Below, piece after piece: positions 1 through 9,000 of a stretch of DNA of 64,000 bases. Both the position numbers and the translations under genes were made by a program. The notes under the pieces are model-generated. The model saw only the letters and a program-made list of their open reading frames with translations. It searched no databases and was not told the origin of the DNA. Source of the stretch: Methanothrix sp. (lineage in GTDB: Archaea > Halobacteriota > Methanosarcinia > Methanotrichales > Methanotrichaceae); assembly GCA_963682135.1 (NCBI GenBank), contig OY821645.1:2272001-2336000 (forward strand), given 5' to 3'. Every line of letters starts with the position of its first letter. Within the stretch, counting starts at the first letter, position 1.

Positions 1-179
1 AAAACGGGTCATTCTCCGTCAATCTGATCCGGGGTGGCATGTGGATCATTGATGCCAGTTTTACTCAAGAGGAATCAGGAACTTTGATTGCAGAAGATTC
101 TCGCAAATTCTACAAGGCAGGAGATGTTCTGGAGTACAAGACCATCCAGGTAAAGACTGAACTCACAATATGGGTTCGA
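1..179 (+). CDS. 3' end of a hypothetical protein (runs off window)
   Basis: Frame 3 is open from the window edge to TGA at 177-179 (...EYKTIQVKTELTIWV*); not in the ORF track. Confidence 0.45.
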
Positions 180-274
180 TGATGCCAGCATAAAGACGGT
201 TCCATCGCCGCTGACCACGATCGTCTGGCGGACATCGATCACAGTTACCTTTAAGTCGCAAGAGAGCAGAAAAA

Positions 275-727
275 GTGCTGATGGCATTTTCCGATGATCG
301 GCAGGGGATGAACAAGAACATCCTGGTCAAGACCATTCAGACCATGAACCAGCACCTGCCCACTAAGCGACTCAATTTGGCAGAACTGATGACCATGGAA
401 AAGCCCGGCGTCAAGGGAAAAGATAATACATTTTTTATCATAGACAAGGCCGAGCTGAATCTGATCTCAGAGAGCCTGCCCCGGTTTCTCTGGAGCCGTC
501 TGAGACTGCCCATGCTAATTGAGATGTCTCCGGACTACGGCAACGGCGCCGCCCGGGTGCAGGGCGAACCGGAGGTGGAGCTGGTAGCCAAGATCCTGGG
601 CAAGGAGAGGCCGCATGAAAGGCAGATAATAATCTATCTTCCTGAGGTAAGGGAGCTACGACGAAAGCTTCCCACCACCACGCAGTATGCTTTTGTAACC
701 AATCTTCGGGAGAGAATAGGAGACTGA
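275..727 (+). CDS. DUF61/UPF0216 family protein
   Basis: MNQHLP..RLNLAEL and LRRKLPTTTQYAF motifs typical of this archaeal family. Confidence 0.75.
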   Translation: MLMAFSDDRQGMNKNILVKTIQTMNQHLPTKRLNLAELMTMEKPGVKGKDNTFFIIDKAELNLISESLPRFLWSRLRLPMLIEMSPDYGNGAARVQGEPEVELVAKILGKERPHERQIIIYLPEVRELRRKLPTTTQYAFVTNLRERIGD

Positions 728-762
728 TAGGTTCTTATTCATCAGGCACTAATAGTAATCTC

Positions 763-1314
763 ATGGCTGATAGTAAGCTGGCCGAAGGCGCGAAGCTTTT
801 CGCCATAAAGATGAACCTGGGTGCCTACCAGGAGGCGGCCAAGATCAAGTCTGATTTCGGCCTGCCCAATGATATGCTGGCGGGTGCGGTTCGCACGGCC
901 TACGACGTCAATATGAAGAAAGGCGAATACTCCCTGGCTGCCGATCTGGCCAAGAAGTACGATCTTTCCGAGGATCTGCGCCTGGATGCGGCTGAGCGCT
1001 CTTTTGACCGAAAGATCGACAGCGAGTTTTATCGAGCGGCTGCCGATTATGCCAAAGAGTACGGCCTTTCCCAGGATCTCGTCCGGCAGGCTGCCGTTCA
1101 GGCTTATAATAAGAGCATGAGCTTTGGTCTGGTCAAGAATGCGGCTGAGATCGCCAAGGAGTTTGAGCTTCCTCATGAGATGATGCTGCAAGCTGCCACC
1201 AGGTCATTTGATCAGCATATGAAGGCCGGCCTCTACCGCAAGGCACTCCAGATCGCTCAAAAGTACAAGCTTCCTATGGAAATGGAGGCTGCGGCTGAGA
1301 AGAAGATCTCCTGA
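763..1314 (+). CDS. hypothetical alpha-helical repeat protein
   Basis: 183-aa ORF with ~39-aa internal repeats (AA.LAKKYDL / AADYAKEYGL / AAEIAKEFEL / ALQIAQKYKL). Confidence 0.7.
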   Translation: MADSKLAEGAKLFAIKMNLGAYQEAAKIKSDFGLPNDMLAGAVRTAYDVNMKKGEYSLAADLAKKYDLSEDLRLDAAERSFDRKIDSEFYRAAADYAKEYGLSQDLVRQAAVQAYNKSMSFGLVKNAAEIAKEFELPHEMMLQAATRSFDQHMKAGLYRKALQIAQKYKLPMEMEAAAEKKIS

Positions 1315-1339
1315 ATTATCCGGACGAAAAGGGATACAA

Positions 1340-2158
1340 ATGCAGCAACAAGTCGTGCTTACCATAGGCGGCTCCGACTCGGGCGGTGGGGCCGGCATCC
1401 AGGCGGACCTCAAGACATTCTGTGTGCTAAGGCTGCATGGCACCAGCGCCATCACCGCCATTACCGCCCAAAACACCCTGGGAGTGCAACGGGTGTTCGG
1501 CCTGGAACCAGAGATAGTAGTAGAGCAGCTGCGGTCGATCACCGATGATTTCTCCATCGCCTTTGCCAAGACCGGCATGCTTCACAGCGCCGAGATTGTC
1601 ATAGCTGTGGCCCGGCACCTGAGGATGAGGGATATTCCCTTCGTCCTGGACCCGGTAATTTCCGCGGAAGCGGGCGGAAGGCTGCTTCGTCCTGATGCCG
1701 TAGAGGCGCTAAAAGCGCATCTCATTGCGCGAGCCAATGTCGTAACACCCAATATCTTCGAGGCCCAGGCTCTGACGGGAATTGTTGTTCGCGATAGGGA
1801 GAGTTGCCATCAGGCTGCCCAGAAGATCTTAGAGCTCGGAGCGAAGGCGGTAATCATTAAGGGCGGACACCTGGACTATATCGATCTCCTGATGACCGAC
1901 AAAGAGGTCATCCTTTTGCCGGGTGAGAGGGTGAAGGGCGAAAACCACGGAGTGGGATGCACCTACTCTGCCGCATTAACCGCATTTCTCGCACGGGGTT
2001 GCTCCCTGAAAGAAGCAGCCCGCCAGGCCAAAGGGTTCGCAGAACGGGCGCTTCTGGGCAGCATGCGGGTGGGCAAGGGAGTGGGGCCGGTGAGCCAGGC
2101 GGCGGCTGCGGCAGCAGCGAATGGCAATGGCCATGAGCTTGGCCTTAGCATGCGATAA
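1340..2158 (+). CDS. thiD: hydroxymethylpyrimidine/phosphomethylpyrimidine kinase
   Basis: LTIGGSDSGGGAGIQADLKTF, TPNIFEA, IKGGH, NHGVGCTYSAA motifs. Confidence 0.95.
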   Translation: MQQQVVLTIGGSDSGGGAGIQADLKTFCVLRLHGTSAITAITAQNTLGVQRVFGLEPEIVVEQLRSITDDFSIAFAKTGMLHSAEIVIAVARHLRMRDIPFVLDPVISAEAGGRLLRPDAVEALKAHLIARANVVTPNIFEAQALTGIVVRDRESCHQAAQKILELGAKAVIIKGGHLDYIDLLMTDKEVILLPGERVKGENHGVGCTYSAALTAFLARGCSLKEAARQAKGFAERALLGSMRVGKGVGPVSQAAAAAAANGNGHELGLSMR

Positions 2159-2236
2159 GGACAACCCTGAGGACGGGAAGATATAAATTGGTGAGGCAAG
2201 GATGCACAAAGGATTGCTCTAGCTGGAGTGTTGATT

Positions 2237-2455
2237 ATGGGAAGTGTAAAACCTAGTTATATCAAGAATTTCGCAATGGATCTGTTGAGAACCTACGAAA
2301 GCTCATTTAGCCCCGACTTTGAACAAAACAAACTAAAAGTATCCGAGTATACCGACATCAAAAATAAGACCATACGGAATCGTGTGGCAGGATATATTTC
2401 TAATGTGATGCGGCAGAGACGCACTCGCCGAGGCGAGGTCGAGATTGATGTTTAA
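2237..2455 (+). CDS. rps17e: 30S ribosomal protein S17e
   Basis: MGSVKPSYIK...DFEQNK...IRNRVAGYI. Confidence 0.95.
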   Translation: MGSVKPSYIKNFAMDLLRTYESSFSPDFEQNKLKVSEYTDIKNKTIRNRVAGYISNVMRQRRTRRGEVEIDV

Positions 2456-3323
2456 AGGCGTGTTTCCTGCTATAATCACGCCGTTTTTAGAAGATGAGAG
2501 CTTAGATGAGGAGGGACTGAAGAAGAACATTAAGTACCTGAATAATACAGGTATAGCAGGTATTGTTCCCTGCGGCACAACTGGTGAGTCGGCCACATTA
2601 ACCTTTGAGGAGCATAAAAGGGTAGTGGAGATTGCTGTGGAATCCTCCAAAGTGCCGGTTATAGCTGGTACGGGTTCAAATAATACCCGCGAGGCTCTGG
2701 AGCTGACGCGCCATGCCGCCAAAGCAGGTGCATCTGCTGCTCTATTGATCACCCCTTACTACAATAAACCCAATGACAGGGGCATGTTCGAGCATTTCAA
2801 GACCGTCGCCGATAAGTGCGATATTCCCATTGTGCTCTATAATGTTCCCAAGAGAACCGGAATAGATCTCAAGCCGGAATTGGTCGCGAAGCTATCCAAG
2901 GTAAGGAACATCGTGGCCATAAAGGAGGCCAGCGGAAGCCTTTCTCAACAATCTCAGATTATCGAGCAGACCCGGGGCAGTGATTTTGTCGTTCTTTCGG
3001 GTGATGATGATCTGACTCTTCCTACCATGTCACTGGGCGCTCAGGGCGTCGTCTCAGTTGTGGCCAATGTGGCTCCCAGAAAGACGGTGGCCATGGTGGA
3101 CGCTATTTTGAAGGGCGACATGGAGAAAGCCAGGTCGCTGCACTATGAGCTTGCTCCACTGGTGCGAGCCATGTTCCTGGAGACCAATCCCATTCCGGTT
3201 AAGACGGCTCAAAGGTATCTGGGACTGGCCGGTGGACCGATGCGTCTTCCTCTGGCACCAATGGCTCCGGAGAAAGAGCTTATCTTAAAAGAGATACTCA
3301 ATCGGCTGGGCGAGAGAGCATGA
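2448..3323 (+). CDS. dapA: 4-hydroxy-tetrahydrodipicolinate synthase
   Basis: GTTGES, PYYNKP, LYNVP, IKEASG, ETNPIPVK motifs. Confidence 0.97.
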   Translation: MFKGVFPAIITPFLEDESLDEEGLKKNIKYLNNTGIAGIVPCGTTGESATLTFEEHKRVVEIAVESSKVPVIAGTGSNNTREALELTRHAAKAGASAALLITPYYNKPNDRGMFEHFKTVADKCDIPIVLYNVPKRTGIDLKPELVAKLSKVRNIVAIKEASGSLSQQSQIIEQTRGSDFVVLSGDDDLTLPTMSLGAQGVVSVVANVAPRKTVAMVDAILKGDMEKARSLHYELAPLVRAMFLETNPIPVKTAQRYLGLAGGPMRLPLAPMAPEKELILKEILNRLGERA

Positions 3324-4090
3324 CGAAGATCGCCATTACCGGTGCCCTGGGACGCATGGGCACTCTGGTCATCCAGGAAGCGGCCAAGGTTAAAAATATG
3401 CAGCTAGTGGCAGGACTAGATGCTATCGGGGCGGGGGCGACTCTCCCCGGCGGCATTATCGTTAGAGATGCCACAGAGCTGGAGTCGGTCTTGAGGGAGA
3501 GCAAACCGGATGTGATCATCGACTTTACCATCGCCAAAGCTGCGGTAAATAACGTATGCACGGCTGCGGGCCTTGGAATTGACCTCGTGGTGGGAACAAC
3601 CGGCTTTTCTGCTGAGCAGCATTCCCGGATGAAAGAAGCAATAGACGGCCATGTGGCCGCAGTCATAACGCCTAACTTCGCCCTGGGCGTAAATGTATTC
3701 TGGAAGCTGGTAGCCGATGCAGCGGCGGCACTCAGAGACTACGACATTGAGATCATTGAAGCTCATCACAATCAGAAGAAAGATGCCCCTAGCGGCACAG
3801 CTCTGGCCACAGTGCAGGCGATAAAGGCGGCTCTGGGCGAAAGAGAGGTCGTCTATGGCCGGGAAGGAGTCATGCCGCGAGGACGGGAGATTGGAGTACA
3901 TGCCGTGCGCGGTGGAGACATTGTAGGAGATCACACTGTGCTCCTGGCAGGAGCCGGCGAGCGGCTGGAGATAAAGCACCAGGCACATAGCAGAACCGCA
4001 TTTGCCAGCGGCGCCGTGCGGGCAGCAGATTGGGTAGCCGGCAAAGAACCCGGAATTTATACCATGGCTGACGTCCTAAAGTCGAGATGA
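3320..4090 (+). CDS. dapB: 4-hydroxy-tetrahydrodipicolinate reductase
   Basis: GALGRMG, GTTG, EAHHNQKKDAPSGTA motifs; follows dapA. Confidence 0.97.
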   Translation: MTKIAITGALGRMGTLVIQEAAKVKNMQLVAGLDAIGAGATLPGGIIVRDATELESVLRESKPDVIIDFTIAKAAVNNVCTAAGLGIDLVVGTTGFSAEQHSRMKEAIDGHVAAVITPNFALGVNVFWKLVADAAAALRDYDIEIIEAHHNQKKDAPSGTALATVQAIKAALGEREVVYGREGVMPRGREIGVHAVRGGDIVGDHTVLLAGAGERLEIKHQAHSRTAFASGAVRAADWVAGKEPGIYTMADVLKSR

Positions 4091-4512
4091 ACCAACTTGC
4101 TAAGTCCAGCCGTAATCTAATTTTTGAAGGAAAGACGCTGGAGCCAGTCTCATTAGAGCGCAATATGGTCGGATTTTGCAGCAAATGCGACCGGGATCTG
4201 GAGAGCCTGGCATATCACTGTACAGAATCAAGATGGCTGGTCTGTGCTCACTGCAATAATGAGCACCTTATTCTGATGTGCTATGACAGGCAGTGGAACT
4301 GGCAGGGTGACTATGATCTGGAGATCTATACGGAAAAGGTTAGCATATCCTCTGTTGCCAAAGAGAAGCTGCAAGCGGTATTTACTCAAGCTGAGATCAG
4401 GGACATGATGGCCTGCCAGCAGGGCTTGCCCTACACCCGGCAAAACCTCTATCGGGCGCGGGCCAAGTATGAGAAATTCGAGAAGCTCTTCGGCATAGTG
4501 ATAGACGTCTAG
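4087..4512 (+). CDS. hypothetical protein (CxxC, possible Zn ribbon)
   Basis: 141-aa ORF coupled to dapB (ATGA overlap); CSKC...C...H. Confidence 0.7.
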   Translation: MNQLAKSSRNLIFEGKTLEPVSLERNMVGFCSKCDRDLESLAYHCTESRWLVCAHCNNEHLILMCYDRQWNWQGDYDLEIYTEKVSISSVAKEKLQAVFTQAEIRDMMACQQGLPYTRQNLYRARAKYEKFEKLFGIVIDV

Positions 4513-4572
4513 CGATCAGATGTATAGAACTAGAGACTAAAAAAGAAAATATGTTGATTGGCAAGCTAATGG

Positions 4573-5460
4573 TTAAGCATTCTTGCTGCTTTCCACCAGT
4601 TCTTTAGTGGCGACAAAGCTTGCACCTTTGCCTGCAGCATATTCGACGAACTTCTTGTAGGCATCCAGGTATTCATCGAATCCAGAGACTGTATTTGTGA
4701 AGACCGCTACCATTGGCTCGCCCTTGCCAGCAGATTCATCGAATTTGCTGACCAGAAGATTATACCAATCGGTGCCGTTCAAGCCGGCATCTTTTGCCGT
4801 CATATCCTTCAAGATAACTTCTTGCACCACGCTCACAGGGACCACATAGAAGGCAGATCCGTTCATGAGATAGGGGCCCGTCTTGCCCTGGCTCTCCGGC
4901 ATTCCCACGTCATCTACCAGGTACAATATCGCCAGATCATCCAGAATCTTGTAGCTGCTCTGGTTAAAGGAATTGGGCACGGGCATGTAACCTGCTACCT
5001 TGAACTGCGTTCCACCGCAGATATAATCATCTTCAACATATCTCTTGGTCTTGCGAAGCCGGGCGTCCTGATCCTCAAAGGAGACCAATTCATCGCTTGC
5101 GCTCATGCCTCCCATCATCAGTTCATGATTGCTCTTGGAGCCGAGCATAGTGACATAGAGTGGATACACTTTATTGGCAATATCTCCCGTGACGGATATC
5201 GAGACGGCAAGTCCTCGGGAGTCAGCCTCATTGAGCAGGTTTGTGGTGGAGTTCATCTCCAAGTTCTCCTTTTCCGCCAGACTCTTACCCTCTGCCAGGG
5301 GGGATTGCTGCATATCAATAATCACATTCAAAACGCCTGATCCGCCCTCTGCTGCAACGACCGCAAAAAGTTGCTGGGCCATTAGTAAGGCCAGTCCTAC
5401 AAATAACAGCATTTTCTTTGGATACATTTTATATACACCTCTACAGTTTATTTTAAACAT
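4573..5460 (-). CDS. secreted polysaccharide-deacetylase-like protein
   Basis: Signal-peptide-like N terminus; NodB-like barrel features (NHEL, YKILDDLAILY) but catalytic residues look degenerate. Confidence 0.55.
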   Translation of the reverse strand: MFKINCRGVYKMYPKKMLLFVGLALLMAQQLFAVVAAEGGSGVLNVIIDMQQSPLAEGKSLAEKENLEMNSTTNLLNEADSRGLAVSISVTGDIANKVYPLYVTMLGSKSNHELMMGGMSASDELVSFEDQDARLRKTKRYVEDDYICGGTQFKVAGYMPVPNSFNQSSYKILDDLAILYLVDDVGMPESQGKTGPYLMNGSAFYVVPVSVVQEVILKDMTAKDAGLNGTDWYNLLVSKFDESAGKGEPMVAVFTNTVSGFDEYLDAYKKFVEYAAGKGASFVATKELVESSKNA

Positions 5461-6023
5461 ATTATGTGTTCAATTACGATATACTACAAATCTTCTAAAT
5501 TATTTGTGCTTTTCCTGCTAATAATACTTGTGGTTGTTCTTAATCATAATCATCGCGCACAAAATTTAATGAGAAATTAATATCATTACAATATCATCTA
5601 TTTTTGATCTGTACAAAATAAATATTAAACTTTTGTTTTGCGAATCACATACTGAATACACATAAAAATTGAAATTAAGAAGTTTGAATGACTGCCAGGA
5701 TAATAATAGTTGTAATTTGAATATCAATATATAAAATTAATAATTTTTGAAACTATGAGCTTAAGTTAAAATAGATAAGACTAAGACATGTTATATGGTT
5801 ATCAGGATCTGGTCTTTGACAGGATGTATCGAATGCTATTGCCTGCATCAATGAAGAAAGACAGAATGAAACAAGAATGAATTGCACCTATAGATATCAA
5901 TGAATGTTGGTAGTAATGATAATTATGGGATCTGTTTGAAAAAAACCAGATAGCAATAGGTGAGATGCCCCTGATCGGGATAACCGGATGCAAATCAAGA
6001 AATATGGATAGGAGGAAGGAACC

Positions 6024-9000
6024 ATGTCATATCGCAATAAGGCGATAGCTTTAGTAATGCTTTTATCGCTGGTTTACCTGCTGGCGGGATTGTCGCTGGG
6101 TGCAGTCGCAGCGCCGCCCAGCCTCACGATAAACCAGCTCGTAACCTCTGAACAGACTGTGACCCTTAAAGCTCCTTCAGGAGATTACTACTACCAATGG
6201 ACCGCTGATACTGGCGGCGCTACCATTGGTCAGGCGACGACGCAGAGTTTTTCGTTTAAAGCTCCCCTGGTAACTCAGGATGAGGGCTCGAAGGCGGTCA
6301 CAATCTCGCTATACATAAGAACCAAAGAAGGAGGTTGTGTCAACCAAACGAGCACCACGATCAATGTCTATTCCCTGCCGGTTTGCGGCATAAGCGGACC
6401 CATATCAGTTGGTCCCTATGAGACTGCCACATACAGTTATTCGGGTGGAACCAGCGGCAAAACGACATTCGTGTGGAATGTTGACGGCAAGAATATCGAT
6501 GGAGCCACCGGGCCAAGTGTTGCCATAGATTGGACCAAATACAGTCTTGTCAATCACACCATCGGCATGACATTGACCAAGGATTACTCTGATGTGGCCC
6601 CCGGTTCAACCAATCCGTTCCGCAGCATAAGCTGTACTTTCCAGACAAATGTGACTTACACCACCGGGATGCAGGTAACCAAGACCCCCTCGGCAGCTTT
6701 TGCAGCGGTAGGCCAGTCAGTTATCTATACCTACACGGTCCAAAATACAGGGACAATAGGCATAAACTCACTGACACTGAGCGATGACAAGCTTGGCACT
6801 CTTACGCCTGCTGCCAAGACGATCCTGCCAGGAGCATCTACAACTGCAACTGCGACCTATATCATAAAAGAGAGCGATCTGCCAGGACCTCTGACCAATA
6901 CAGTAACCGTATCTGGTGTCGAGGACAGAACCAACAAGCCGGTCAGTGCCAAAGCTAATGCTACCGTGGCTCTGACCTATAACGCAGCCTTAAATCTGAC
7001 CAAAGTGCCCTCCTCCGCCACCGCCAAGGTGGGAGATACGGTGACCTACAAGTTCACGGTTACAAATACCGGAAACGTCACAATAAAGGGCTTGAACCTG
7101 ACGGACGATAAGCTGGGAACCATAAAGACCGACAAGACTGAACTTGCTCCGGGAGCTGTTGCAACAGCTTCGGCAACCCATGTCGTATTGGAAAGCGATC
7201 TGCCCGGACCTCTGACCAACGTGGCCACCATAGAGGGCACAGATATCCAAGATCAACCGGTTACGGCGACGGCCACAGCATCGATTGCGCTGACCTACAC
7301 ATCCGGTCTGGCTGTGACTAAGAAGCCATCCTCCAATACTGCAAAAATTGGTGATACTGTAACTTACCAGTTCAGCGTAACGAACAACGGTACGGTCACC
7401 ATAAATGGATTGGCGCTCAATGATGACAAGCTGGGAATCATCACTCTGGACAAGGCATCTCTGCCACCAGGCGAGACCGCCACAGGATCGGCAACGCACA
7501 CCATCATCGAGACCGACCTGCCCGGCCCTCTGACCAATATCGCCACGGCCACAGGCACGGACAGCCAGGGAGTGGCAGTCACAGGCCAAGCAACCGCCGC
7601 GGTCCAGCTTACTTACACTTCCACTTTGCAGGTGACCAAGACTCCATCCACCACAAAGGCAAACGTGGGAGAGACCATAACCTACCAATTCCAGGTTAAG
7701 AACACTGGATCAGTCACTATCAATGCACTGGCTCTGAACGACGATAAGCTTGGGGGCGTCACTCTGGACAGGGAGTCCCTTCTGCCTGGCGAGAGTGCCA
7801 ACGGTACGGCAACACATGTCGTTGTAGAAGGCGATTTGCCCGGACCTCTGACCAATGTCGCCACAGCCACGGGAACAGACCGCCTGGGTACTACGGTTAC
7901 AACAACGGCTACGGCTACAGTCCAGCTTACCTATACCGCTGCTCTGCAGGTGACCAAGATTCCATCTGCGAACACGGCGGCAATCGGTGAGACTGTAACC
8001 TACCAGTACTCCATCGTGAACACTGGAAACGTAACCGTAAATGCTCTGACCCTGACGGATGACAAGCTCGGCGACATAACCCTCAATACCGCCCAGCTGG
8101 CTCCCGGCGGGACAGCCACGGGATCAGCGACGCACACCATCGTCGAGAAGGACCTGCCCGGACCTCTGACCAACATTGCAACGGCTAAAGCAACTGACAG
8201 CCAGAATAAGCCGGTTACAGCAACGGCAACGGCGACGGTCCAGCTTACCTACACGTCCAGCATGAGCGTGACCAAGGTGCCTTCAAGCACAACGGCCGGC
8301 GTGGGAGAACCGGTAACATACACCTACACCGTCAGTAACACGGGCACTATTAACATCACCGGGTTGTCTCTAAGCGACGACAAACTCGGCAAGATAACCA
8401 TAGACAGGACTTCACTGGCCCCCGGAGAGAGCGCAATCGGCACTATTACTTATACTGTGCTCGAAGGCGATCTGCCCGGACCGCTCACCAATATCGTAAC
8501 CGCTACGGCTACGGATAGCTTGAAGCAGCCGATTACTGCAACGGCTACCGCAACAGTTGCTCTGACCTATACGGCCAGCCTGGACGTTGCCAAGGTGCCT
8601 TCAAGCACAACCGCCGTCGTAGGAGAACAGGTAACATACACCTACACCGTTACCAACACGGGTAACGTAACCCTCAAAGGTCTGGCTCTGAGCGACGACA
8701 AGATCGGCACCATAACACCAGCCAAGACCACCATCGCTTCGGGAGAGACAACTACCGCAACGGGAACATACACCGTGCTCGAAGGCGATCTGCCCGGACC
8801 GCTCACTAACGTAGTCACAGTAACGGCCACGGACAGCCAGAACCAGCCGGTCACAAATACGGCAACAGCTACGGTCACCCTGACCTATACGGCCAGCATG
8901 AGCGTGACCAAGGTGCCTTCAAGCACAACAGCCGGCGTAGGAGAACAGGTAACATACACCTACACCGTAAAGAACACGGGTAATGTAACCCTCAATGCTC

